A stretch of 64,000 nucleotides of DNA from Minisyncoccota bacterium (lineage in GTDB: Bacteria; Patescibacteriota; Minisyncoccia; Phycocordibacterales; JAACPR01). A program made the translations under genes and the position numbers. Positions 55,475 to 64,000 of the stretch are shown here, piece after piece. The notes below the pieces were generated by a model that was given only the letters and a program-made list of their open reading frames with translations, ran no database searches and was not told the origin of the DNA. How positions within the stretch are numbered: the stretch's first letter is position 1; each line of letters starts with the position of its first letter. The stretch covers positions 169,401-233,400 of the forward strand of contig JBAYWG010000001.1 of assembly GCA_041674225.1 (NCBI GenBank), in the 5' to 3' direction.

Positions 55475-57982
55475 CTAGCTTTTTAGAGTCCACCCATCAT
55501 TCAACATTTCTTCTGCTTTTTTCCATTTTACCTCTTTTTCTTCACCGTCTTTTTCAATTTTTACAATATCATTCCTACCAAATTTTGGAGATGTGCTTTG
55601 ATTATTTTCAGAAGTTTGATCTTGGTTAGAAATCATTTGAGCTTTTTTCATTGTCTCTTTCAATTTTTCTTCTTCTTTTTGAAAAGCTCCAGCTCCAATG
55701 TGAGGTAAAAGATTAATTATATTCTCATCAATACCAGCAAGCATTTCATTAAACACTCGCAAACCTTCTTTTTTATACTCAATTAAAGGGTCTCTTTGAC
55801 CATAGGCTCTCAGACCTACACTTGAACGCAAATAACTCATCAGTTCCAAATGATCTATCCAAAAATTATCAATAGATTGCAACATCAATCTTCTCAATGC
55901 AGCGATTAATTCTTCCTCATTTAAAATTGCCTTTTTTTCTTCAACAATTTTTGAAACTTTTTCATCCAAACTAGCAAGTCTTTTCAATTCTGACTCTATA
56001 TAAGGAACATCTCCCAGAAGTAGTTTTCTTCTTCTTTCATAAATAGACTTTCTTTGTGTATTTAAAACGTTATCGAATTCTAAAATATGTTTTCGTGAAT
56101 CAAAGTTAAAACCTTCAATTTTTGTTTGAGCAGATTCTAGAGATTTTGTGATAATTTTATTTTCAATAGGTTGATCTTCTGGCAGGCCTAGTTTACTCAT
56201 CAAAGTTTTTACACCTGAAGAAGCAAAAATTCTCATTAAGGAATCATCCAAAGAAACAAAGAATTGTGTCTCTCCTGGATCTCCCTGACGTCCAGAACGA
56301 CCTCGTAACTGATTATCGATTCTGCGAGCGTCGTGTCTTTCTGTACCAACTACAAATAATCCCCCCAAAGATTTTATCTCTTTATAAGCATCTTCTTCAT
56401 ATGGTGCACCTCCCAAAATAATATCTACTCCACGACCAGCCATGTTTGTGGCAATAGTCACAGAACCCTTTCGTCCAGCTTGTGCGATTATTTGACCTTC
56501 TTGTTCGTGATTTTTTGCATTCAAAACTTGATGAGGAATTCCTTCTGAAGCAAGAAAAGTTGAGAGTAGTTCGTTTGTTTCAATAGAAACAGTACCAATC
56601 AAAACCGGTTGACCTGTTGAGTGGATTTCTTTTACTTTTTTTGCAATCGCTTTAAACTTTCCTATTTGAGTTTGAAAAATTAAATCATCTCTATCCAAAC
56701 GAATAGTTGGCGAGTTTGGAGGAACTGTTACAACATCCAGATTGTAAACTTTCAAAAACTCCTCTCCGTTAGTTTTTGCTGTACCAGACATACCAGAAAG
56801 TTTTTCATACATTCTAAAATAATTTTGATATGTGATAGAAGCGTAAGTTCTAGACTCTTGTTGAATCTTTACACCCTCCTTCGCCTCGATAGCTTGATGA
56901 AGTCCTTCAGACCATCTTCGTCCTGGTTGCATTCTTCCAGTAAATTCATCCACAATAACAATTTCATTATCTTTCACCACATATTGTTTATCTTTTTTGA
57001 AAAGAGATTTAGCTCGAACAGCAGTTTCCAAATGATGCACATATTTAACACCTTTTTCTGTATAGATATTTTCAACTCCAAGTGCTTTCTCTGCTTTATC
57101 AATTCCAGAATCATTTATCGAAACGGCTTTTAATTTTTCATCAACTGTAAAATCCTCATCTTCTTTTAACTGTTCTGCAATCTGTGAAAAAATACCATAA
57201 AGGTCTTGTGAATCCGCCGCCGGAGCAGAAATAATAAGCGGAGTTCTGGCTTCATCAATAAGAATTGAATCTATTTCATCAATAATTGCGAAGTTATGGC
57301 CTCTTTGTCTTAAAGAATTTTCATTATATTCGATGTTGTCTCTCAAATAATCAAAACCAAATTCACTGTTTGTTCCATATGTAATGTCCGCGGCATAAGC
57401 TTCTTTTCTTGTAACTGGTCGCAAAAATTCGTGAACTATTTTAAATGAACCTTCCTCATCTCTTTCTTCATCCAAATTTTGATGTGCTGAGTCATAAATA
57501 AAAGAACCAGCTTGAGCAATCACACCCACACTCAATCCAAGGAAGTCATGAATTTGTCCCATCCAAACAGCATCTCTTTGTGAAAGATAATCGTTTACCG
57601 TCACAACATGAACTCCTTTTCCACTAAGTGCATTTAAATAAGAAGGCAGAGTCGCCATCAAAGTTTTTCCTTCACCAGTACGCATTTCTGCTAAGTTACC
57701 ATCATTCAAAATCATTCCTCCAATAAGTTGAACATCGAAGTGTCTTTTTTCTGAAACTCTTTTCGAAGCTTCGCGCACAACAGCAAAAGCTTCTGGCAAA
57801 ATATCATCTAAAGTTGAACCTGATTGCAATCTGTTTTTAAATTCTTCAGTTTTAGATCTTAATTCTGCGTCGCTTAGTTTTTGAAGGTTTTCTTCAAAAG
57901 AATTAATAAGAGGAACACGCGCTTCGTAGCGTTTTAGCATCTTTTCGTTTTCGTCTTTAAACAGACCCGATAAAAATCCCAT
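55475..57982 (-). CDS. secA: Preprotein translocase ATPase SecA
   Basis: LRTGEGKTLMATLPSYLNAL Walker A region, DEAD-like motor, 835 aa. Confidence 0.95.
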   Translation of the reverse strand: MGFLSGLFKDENEKMLKRYEARVPLINSFEENLQKLSDAELRSKTEEFKNRLQSGSTLDDILPEAFAVVREASKRVSEKRHFDVQLIGGMILNDGNLAEMRTGEGKTLMATLPSYLNALSGKGVHVVTVNDYLSQRDAVWMGQIHDFLGLSVGVIAQAGSFIYDSAHQNLDEERDEEGSFKIVHEFLRPVTRKEAYAADITYGTNSEFGFDYLRDNIEYNENSLRQRGHNFAIIDEIDSILIDEARTPLIISAPAADSQDLYGIFSQIAEQLKEDEDFTVDEKLKAVSINDSGIDKAEKALGVENIYTEKGVKYVHHLETAVRAKSLFKKDKQYVVKDNEIVIVDEFTGRMQPGRRWSEGLHQAIEAKEGVKIQQESRTYASITYQNYFRMYEKLSGMSGTAKTNGEEFLKVYNLDVVTVPPNSPTIRLDRDDLIFQTQIGKFKAIAKKVKEIHSTGQPVLIGTVSIETNELLSTFLASEGIPHQVLNAKNHEQEGQIIAQAGRKGSVTIATNMAGRGVDIILGGAPYEEDAYKEIKSLGGLFVVGTERHDARRIDNQLRGRSGRQGDPGETQFFVSLDDSLMRIFASSGVKTLMSKLGLPEDQPIENKIITKSLESAQTKIEGFNFDSRKHILEFDNVLNTQRKSIYERRRKLLLGDVPYIESELKRLASLDEKVSKIVEEKKAILNEEELIAALRRLMLQSIDNFWIDHLELMSYLRSSVGLRAYGQRDPLIEYKKEGLRVFNEMLAGIDENIINLLPHIGAGAFQKEEEKLKETMKKAQMISNQDQTSENNQSTSPKFGRNDIVKIEKDGEEKEVKWKKAEEMLNDGWTLKS

Positions 57983-58059
57983 AGGAGAGCATCATAACAT
58001 AAAACACCTGCCACGGCGACATGTCAGGTGTTTTATGTATTTGAGATTGAAAGAATCGA

Positions 58060-58215
58060 TTATCGTTTCTTTGTTGTCTTCTTTTTAGCAGCTGGTCGTT
58101 TTGTTGCTTTTTTAGCTGTCTTTTTTACTGTCTTCTTAACAGCTTTTTTTACAACTTTTTTAACAGCCTTTTTCTTTGGAGCTGCTTTTTTTGTTGCTTT
58201 TTTCTTTGTTGCCAT
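58060..58215 (-). CDS. Small lysine/alanine-rich histone-H1/Hc1-like protein (51 aa: MATKKKATKKAAPKKKAVKKVVKKAVKKTVKKTAKKATKRPAAKKKTTKKR)
   Basis: Hand-translated minus-strand ORF not in the ORF track (<60 aa). Composition mirrors the N-terminal tail of the Ubl protein at 16152..16520. Confidence 0.5.
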   Translation of the reverse strand: MATKKKATKKAAPKKKAVKKVVKKAVKKTVKKTAKKATKRPAAKKKTTKKR

Positions 58216-58475
58216 TTGTCTTGATTAATTATTGTATTTAAATAATACTCGACCTCTATGTATTAATTATCGGACACATGAAAACTACTTACAATATTTT
58301 TTTTACAAAATGTGTGGATAAACTTTTTTAAAAAAATAAAAAAATATTTTTTTATTTTTGTTTTTTAAATTAAAAAACTTTTTTATTTTTGTTTTTGTGA
58401 AAATTTTATTTTTATTTCGAAGAAAATTTAATTTTATTTTTTTAAAAAAACTACGGTAAAATTAAGTAGATAAAA

Positions 58476-58510
58476 TAAAAAACTCTCAGCAAGCTGAGAG
58501 TTTTTTATTT
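58476..58510. terminator. Bidirectional rho-independent terminator (ctctcagc-aa-gctgagag flanked by A-run and T-run)
   Basis: Read directly from the sequence. Confidence 0.7.
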
Positions 58511-58672
58511 CACAATCCGAAACGGCCGGCAGGTACGAGCTCCAAAATGAATATCTAATGTGAGTGTAGCTGTCGGCCATTTCGAATAACGAATCTAGGA
58601 CAAATTATAGCGGATAGAAATAAATCCACAACAGCCAATTTAGTGTTTATTTAAAAAATATTTATTCAAATT
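58511..58672 (-). ncRNA. Candidate small structured RNA between two intrinsic terminators; unassigned family
   Basis: Minus-strand reading gives TTGTGG-16nt-TATAAT followed ~7 nt later by a GC-richer (~45%) segment. This segment has a 9-bp stem (GGCCGACAG...CUGCCGGCC) and ends in the 58476..58510 terminator. No ORF. The strand assignment is tentative. Confidence 0.3.
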
Positions 58673-58703
58673 TTAAAATGAAAAGACCCACTTTCGTGGG
58701 TCT
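58673..58703 (-). terminator. Rho-independent terminator downstream of the 58787..60922 gene (stem agacccac/gtgggtct, loop tttc)
   Basis: Read directly from the sequence. Confidence 0.65.
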
Positions 58704-58786
58704 TTTCACAGATATTCATTTTTGGCGCTGCGTACTGCAACACTCACAATTACTAATATAGCATATAAATCAGATAATGCAATAGC

Positions 58787-60922
58787 TTAAAATACTTCTT
58801 CGCCTGCTTTTATTTTTTCGATGATTAATTCAGATTGAGTTTTTGATTGTGGAAATTTCAAAATAATATCATTTAAAATTTCAATGGCTCTTTCAGGATT
58901 ACCCGCTCGATAATGCGCTACTGCCAAAGATGCGTGTGCTTGTGCGCTCTCCGGGTTTCTTTCCAAATTATATTCTGATAGATAAATCACACGATCCCCT
59001 CTTCCTGTTGCAAAAGCTTCTTCAATCAAAGAATTGTATAAAGCTTCATCACCACTTCTAATAGCAGATCTAACATAAGTTCCCCATACCAAAGTATTGT
59101 CTGTATTGATCTCGTAAACTCTTTTTATCAATTCAAGTGCTTCGGTATTTTTACCTTGTTGAAATAATATTTCTACAACAGGTTGATACATAAATTGTTT
59201 CTGTGGAGATATGTTTATAGCAGAATCAAAAAACTTTAAGGAAGTTTCTAGATTACCTGTCTGTGCTAAAAATTGTCCGGCAATCAACATTGTCCTAGAA
59301 TCTGTAGGATTTTCATTAATATATTTTTGTATTTCTACCGCAGACAAGTCCACAAAAGACTGCTTCACCTCCATACTTACGTTATCTGTTCTAATTATCC
59401 GACTTGTGAAATCAATCAACTGCATCAAAACTTCTTGATTACCATAAGTATTACGAGCTAAAGATTTTTCAAATAAATCTCTGCTGACACTAACTTCTTC
59501 CACAGTAGCAGGACGAATAGCTTTCATCATTTCTGTATTTTGGAAATATCCATTTGAATTTATTGCCCAAGCTACAAATGGTGTTGATATTAAAACCAAA
59601 CTCGCAATCGCAATCGTAACATTTCGAGGAAAACTAATTTTTTCTAGAGACGGAATTGGTTTTGCAACTTGTGAATGTATGAAAGCAAATATAAAGAATA
59701 AAATTAAATAACTTGTAAGACTGTCGAATACAAACATCACATGCACAAAATATGCAGCAAACAATGCAGTGAAAGAAGCTTTCGTTGCATTAGAAAAATT
59801 ACTTGAAGACTTCCATAAATAATAAAGAGTTGAACCAATTATAGACAAGTAAGAAAGTAGTCCTAAAAATCCAGCAGCAATTAACCAATCAAAGAATAAA
59901 TTGTGAACACGATCAAACCATTGTTCTTGATTCCACATTCGAGAATCGTAATTATTATCAAAAATAATTCCGTAATTTCCCTGACCATATCCCAAAAGAG
60001 GTTTTTCTTTTATTGCACTCCAAGATATTCCCCAGTTGATAACTCTAGCAAGAACTGTACCACTATCTAAAGAAATTTCTGAAAGTCTTTGTAAAGGAAC
60101 AGTTTGTTGAACGAGATTAGATTCTTTAAAACCAAAAACTAAACTTACAAAAAGAACAATCGCAATCAACGCCCCGCCAACACTCCATCTAAGAAACTTT
60201 TTCTTTGGTTCTAAAATAGCTAGAATTAAAATGGCTAGAAACAATCCCCCAATCACCGCAATAAAAGTACCTCTAGTAGCTGTAAAAAAAACTGTAACTA
60301 CTTGCAATACAATCGCTGATATATAGAAGTATTTTGCCTTTGCATAAGAGCTTCCCTTTGTTAATAGATAGAAGGCCACAAATACACCAAACATCATGTA
60401 TGCCGCAAGATAAGTTGCGTTTCCAAAAGTTCCATCGATACGATCAGCAGAAAGACCGACTTTTAAAACTCCAGTAATTTGCAAGATAGAGTAAAAAGAT
60501 TGAACAACAGTTATTCCAACAAAAGAATTCAAGAAAATATCCCAAATCTTTTTTGTGTTAAACACAGAAGATATTACCAAGAAGTATCCAAACAAGTGTG
60601 CAAGTGTCACATAACCTTCCATTCTTTCGTAATTACTCCAAAAACTGTAATCCGGATTTGTTCCCTGCAGATTAGCAATTAAAACAATCACCATGAAAGA
60701 AATCGAGCTCCATAGTATGCAAGATTTCTTAGGACGAGCAGATGGATCAAAAAGAGTCAGAGCAATCCAAACGATAAACATTACTTCTGTTAAGATTCTA
60801 AATGTAAAAGCTTTACCTGTAATAAATGGGAAATATAAACTAGAATCTACGATAAAAGGGATTAGTAATGTTGCAAAAATACCGACTATTAAAATTCTTC
60901 TCAAAATTGTTTGAATTGTCAT
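58787..60922 (-). CDS. O-antigen ligase/polymerase (Wzy_C)-family polytopic membrane protein with C-terminal TPR repeats
   Basis: ~12 TM with a DGTFGNATYLAAYMMFGVFVAFYLL-type Wzy_C loop region. The C-terminal ~250 aa are TPR-like (AHASLAVAHYRAGNPERAIEIL...). Confidence 0.7.
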   Translation of the reverse strand: MTIQTILRRILIVGIFATLLIPFIVDSSLYFPFITGKAFTFRILTEVMFIVWIALTLFDPSARPKKSCILWSSISFMVIVLIANLQGTNPDYSFWSNYERMEGYVTLAHLFGYFLVISSVFNTKKIWDIFLNSFVGITVVQSFYSILQITGVLKVGLSADRIDGTFGNATYLAAYMMFGVFVAFYLLTKGSSYAKAKYFYISAIVLQVVTVFFTATRGTFIAVIGGLFLAILILAILEPKKKFLRWSVGGALIAIVLFVSLVFGFKESNLVQQTVPLQRLSEISLDSGTVLARVINWGISWSAIKEKPLLGYGQGNYGIIFDNNYDSRMWNQEQWFDRVHNLFFDWLIAAGFLGLLSYLSIIGSTLYYLWKSSSNFSNATKASFTALFAAYFVHVMFVFDSLTSYLILFFIFAFIHSQVAKPIPSLEKISFPRNVTIAIASLVLISTPFVAWAINSNGYFQNTEMMKAIRPATVEEVSVSRDLFEKSLARNTYGNQEVLMQLIDFTSRIIRTDNVSMEVKQSFVDLSAVEIQKYINENPTDSRTMLIAGQFLAQTGNLETSLKFFDSAINISPQKQFMYQPVVEILFQQGKNTEALELIKRVYEINTDNTLVWGTYVRSAIRSGDEALYNSLIEEAFATGRGDRVIYLSEYNLERNPESAQAHASLAVAHYRAGNPERAIEILNDIILKFPQSKTQSELIIEKIKAGEEVF

Positions 60923-60968
60923 ATGGAAAAGACTATATCAAAAAACTAGGCATAAAAATAGCAAAGAC

Positions 60969-62018
60969 CTAACGTGAGTTAATATACTCCATCTTTTTTT
61001 TGAAAAAATCTGCTTCAATCAAATCAAAATCAACCATCATCTTTACAAGCTCATCGATTCCTACTTTTGGTTTCCACCCCAACACTTTTTGAGCCTTAGA
61101 TGAATCCCCACACAAGTCACTTGTCTCTACCGGTCTATATAGATTTTTATCTACCTTAATTATTATGTTTCCCTCTGAATCTTTTCCGATTTCATCTACA
61201 CCTTCGCCTTCCCATGTGATAGGCATATCTAAATAATCAGCTACCTTATTTACAAACTCTCTCACAGAATACATTTCTCCAGTAGCAATAACATAATCAT
61301 CAGGAACTTCCTGTTGAAGCATAGTCCACATAAGATTCACATAATCTCCAGCAAATCCCCAATCTCTTTTTGCATCAAGATTTCCAAGTTCTAAATGTTT
61401 TTGTAGTCCTAATTTTATTTTTGATAAACCAAAAGTAATTTTTCTAGTCACAAAAAGCTTACCTCTTTTCGGCGACTCATGATTGAACAAAATTCCAGAA
61501 CAAATGAAAACATTGTTTTCTTTTCTATATTTCAAAACTACAGACTGATGAGCCTTCAACTTAGCCTCCGCATAAGGACTAACGGGATCAAATTTTGTAT
61601 TCTCATTTTGAGGAGGTTGAGACGCACCAAACATTTCACTTGTTGAAGCTTGATAAATTTTTACATTAGGATTTTTTAAAACAGCATGTCTCACTAATCT
61701 TTCCAAACCATTGTAATTTACATCCCAAGTCTCTTCTGGACACACAAAGGAAGTGTCGACATGTGACTGCGCAGCTAGATTATAAATTTCATCAGGAACG
61801 AAATTTTGAAATAATCTCTCTATTGTTCCTTCGTCTCTCAAATTACCGTACACTAGCTTAATTTTGCTCGATATATTTGGATCATCAAAATTACTAAAAG
61901 GATCAGAGCTTTTTCTTCTTAAGAAACCACATATCTCGTAACCTTTATCTAATAAAAATTCAACCAAATAAGATCCATCTTGTCCGGTGAAACCTGTTAC
62001 TAAAGCTTTTTTTGACAT
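60969..62018 (-). CDS. gmd: GDP-mannose 4,6-dehydratase
   Basis: KKALVTGFTGQDGSYLVEFLLDKGYEI...(GxxGxxG), YAEAKLKAH catalytic YxxxK. ~350 aa. Confidence 0.9.
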   Translation of the reverse strand: MSKKALVTGFTGQDGSYLVEFLLDKGYEICGFLRRKSSDPFSNFDDPNISSKIKLVYGNLRDEGTIERLFQNFVPDEIYNLAAQSHVDTSFVCPEETWDVNYNGLERLVRHAVLKNPNVKIYQASTSEMFGASQPPQNENTKFDPVSPYAEAKLKAHQSVVLKYRKENNVFICSGILFNHESPKRGKLFVTRKITFGLSKIKLGLQKHLELGNLDAKRDWGFAGDYVNLMWTMLQQEVPDDYVIATGEMYSVREFVNKVADYLDMPITWEGEGVDEIGKDSEGNIIIKVDKNLYRPVETSDLCGDSSKAQKVLGWKPKVGIDELVKMMVDFDLIEADFFKKKMEYINSR

Positions 62019-62090
62019 AATTAATTAATGTAATACTTAAAATATAATCTCACCATTCATGATAATTAGAGGCAATCTTAGCACAATCAT

Positions 62091-63932
62091 TTAAGACTTT
62101 ACATCCAGTATTTCTTTCAGTTCATCTGATGAAATTTCGTTTGATTTTGCTTGAGGAGTTGAGGCTAGAGCTTGGGCTTGAGTTTCATTTTTAGCCTTAT
62201 TTTCAGGCATATTTGCGAGCACAGCAGCCAAAGCATTTTTTAAGCTATTTTTGTTTTCACTACTAATCTGTTTTGGATCTTGAAATACTCTTTTTTTACT
62301 TTCCAAAGACTTCAAAGATAGAGATTCTTCCTCCAAAGAAATTTCCGGCTCTGGTGGCAATTCTTCCATTTGTTTTTTCATCATTTGTCTGTGTGCAGAT
62401 TCTTCCAGTTCTCGACGAGTTTTTTCATCAATCATTGGGCGAGGTGAAGTAGGTTGAGGACGAGGTTGTGATTGTTGCTGTGGTTGTGAAGAATTATTAT
62501 TTTGAGGATAATTTTTCGGAGCAGATTGATTTTGAGGTTTGTTTTCGCGAGGCTTGTTGTCGTAATTACTTTTTGGTTTATCAAAACTGTTCTTTTTATT
62601 GAAATCAGGTTTTTTATCTTCAGTTTTCTTAGGTGCATCACGACCTTCTTCCAAAAGTTCTTTTACTCTAGCTTCCACAGAGTCTCGAGGTTGAGCATAT
62701 TGTTTTCTAGACGCCTCAATAATCTCTTTTACATAATTAGTGTCTTCTTTTGCAATTGGAGGAAGAGTTCTAGCAGAAAAAGGTTGAGAACCAATTCCAT
62801 CAATCATCAATCTCAAATATGTTTGAGTAAAACCAAGGTTCACAATATCCTGTGCCAAGAAAACTGGAGCGAATTCTTTTTCCAAATATTCGGCGTCAGT
62901 CGCACCTACACGGAAAGTAATAAAAGTACCAACGTTTCCGAAAACGGCAGCACGAACCTCTTCTGGCATCTGTTCAATGTATTGGTGAGCAATCGTTAAG
63001 TTCAATTTATATTTTCGAGCTTCAGACAAAATGTCCGCAAAGGATTCATTGGCAAAAGATTGAAACTCATCCACAAATAAATAAAAGTTCGGAAGCTTTT
63101 TTAAATCTTCTTCGTTTGTATCAGCGCGACTCATCGCAGCAAGATAAATTTTTGTCACAATCATACTTCCCAAAAGCTGTGCGTTAATTTCACCTATTCG
63201 CCCTTTAGATAAGTTGATGATTACGATTTTTCTTTGATCCATCAATTCACGAATATCGAAACTCGAATTTGGTTGACCAACAATATTTCTAATCAAAGGA
63301 TTCGATGTAAACTGACCAATTTTGTTTTGAATCGCAGGAGTAGCTTCGGCAGCAAATCTTTCTGTATATTTTGCAAACTCATCCACCCAAAAAGATTTAA
63401 CAGACGCATCGGTAATATTGTCCACCACTTTCTGACGGAAATTTTTATCTGACAACATTTTGTTTACAGAAAGCAAAGTAGAATCTGGATATTCCAAAAG
63501 CGCCAAAAGCGTATTCGAAAGAATGTATTCCATTCTCGCAGACCAAGCATCTTGCCAAATCTTTTTGAAAGTAGACATCAAACCAGAAACAACAAGGTGC
63601 CGCTTATCGTATCCCACATCTTCCATTACGTTAAAAGAAATTGGGAAATCAGTATCAAAAGGAGCGAAATAAACCACATCATTGATTCTTTCTTTTGGAA
63701 TATATTCTAAAAGTAGGTCTGCAGTCTTTCCGTGAGGGTCCATAAAACAAACCCCATTTCCGTTTCTCAAATCCTGCACGGCAAGATTTTCTAGCAGAGT
63801 AGATTTACCCATACCAGTTTTCCCAATCACATACATGTGACGTGAACGATCTTTTGCTTTTATACCAAACGGAATGCGTTTATTTCTCGCATCTGTTTCT
63901 GCAAAATATGTAATTTGCTCAGGGTTCTCCAT
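62091..63932 (-). CDS. VirD4/TraG/TraD-like P-loop ATPase (type IV coupling-protein-like, no N-terminal TM) with a Gln/Pro/Asn-rich C-terminal tail
   Basis: Walker A VIGKTGMGKSTLLENL, Walker B FYLFVDEFQSFA, TIAHQYIEQM (HQ motif of TrwB/TraG AAD-binding domains). The C-terminus is low complexity (PQNNNSSQPQQQSQPRPQP). Confidence 0.5.
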   Translation of the reverse strand: MENPEQITYFAETDARNKRIPFGIKAKDRSRHMYVIGKTGMGKSTLLENLAVQDLRNGNGVCFMDPHGKTADLLLEYIPKERINDVVYFAPFDTDFPISFNVMEDVGYDKRHLVVSGLMSTFKKIWQDAWSARMEYILSNTLLALLEYPDSTLLSVNKMLSDKNFRQKVVDNITDASVKSFWVDEFAKYTERFAAEATPAIQNKIGQFTSNPLIRNIVGQPNSSFDIRELMDQRKIVIINLSKGRIGEINAQLLGSMIVTKIYLAAMSRADTNEEDLKKLPNFYLFVDEFQSFANESFADILSEARKYKLNLTIAHQYIEQMPEEVRAAVFGNVGTFITFRVGATDAEYLEKEFAPVFLAQDIVNLGFTQTYLRLMIDGIGSQPFSARTLPPIAKEDTNYVKEIIEASRKQYAQPRDSVEARVKELLEEGRDAPKKTEDKKPDFNKKNSFDKPKSNYDNKPRENKPQNQSAPKNYPQNNNSSQPQQQSQPRPQPTSPRPMIDEKTRRELEESAHRQMMKKQMEELPPEPEISLEEESLSLKSLESKKRVFQDPKQISSENKNSLKNALAAVLANMPENKAKNETQAQALASTPQAKSNEISSDELKEILDVKS

Positions 63933-64000
63933 TACTCTTTATTGTATCAAACAACTTTAAAATATTGGAGTTGAAAACTTTTACAAAATAAAAAACCGAT

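Noticed and set aside
58303-58311. Perfect DnaA box TGTGGATAA suggesting oriC
   Set aside because: It is a single box, there are no dnaA/dnaN genes in the window, and no cluster of boxes was seen by eye. Insufficient to call an origin. Noted only as an observation.
58230-58480. Possible CRISPR array or tandem repeat in the AT-rich tract
   Set aside because: Only irregular poly-A/poly-T phasing (aaaaaa / ttttt blocks) with no constant-length direct repeats or unique spacers. Interpreted as a bent-DNA/promoter region.

Overview
This is a low-GC (~32%) bacterial window, almost entirely coding and mostly on the minus strand. Short proteins, weak Shine-Dalgarno use and many type IV pilin-like genes with GFTLIELLVVIAIIG leaders suggest a Patescibacteria/CPR-like reduced genome (inference; UGA is used as stop and RF2 is present). 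Recognisable housekeeping genes are secA, ligA, gatC-gatA, pyrG, ftsE-ftsX, prfB, ddl, tag, a cysH-like gene and gmd. There are five tRNAs: Gln, Thr, Asp, elongator Met/Ile2-type CAT, and an initiator fMet. Accessory content includes a four-gene carotenoid cluster (UbiA-family prenyltransferase, crtI, crtB, GGPP synthase) and a GH3 glycosidase. A umuC plus UmuD'-like pair sits next to an aminoglycoside-kinase-like gene, with three copies of a 45-nt terminator/RBS intergenic module nearby. A seven-gene prepilin/PilD cluster and several large secreted Cys-rich proteins are also present. The most striking feature is a higher-GC (~45-50%) island (about 14.4-22.5 kb) ending at the 3' end of tRNA-Gln. 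It encodes a tightly packed minus-strand cassette: a beta-grasp ubiquitin-like protein with a histone-H1-like Lys-rich N-terminal tail and a non-GG C-terminus, a minimal ThiF/MoeB-type E1, and a JAB/JAMM peptidase with a perfect HxHx7Sx2D motif. It also encodes a 543-aa protein with a central UBC-like 'HPHV...FC' E2-type active-site signature, a two-Rossmann FAD oxidoreductase and a polytopic membrane protein. I interpret this as a candidate prokaryotic ubiquitin-like conjugation or sulfur-carrier system of unusual composition. A candidate small structured RNA lies between two terminators near 58.5-58.7 kb, beside a free-standing Lys-rich histone-like ORF.
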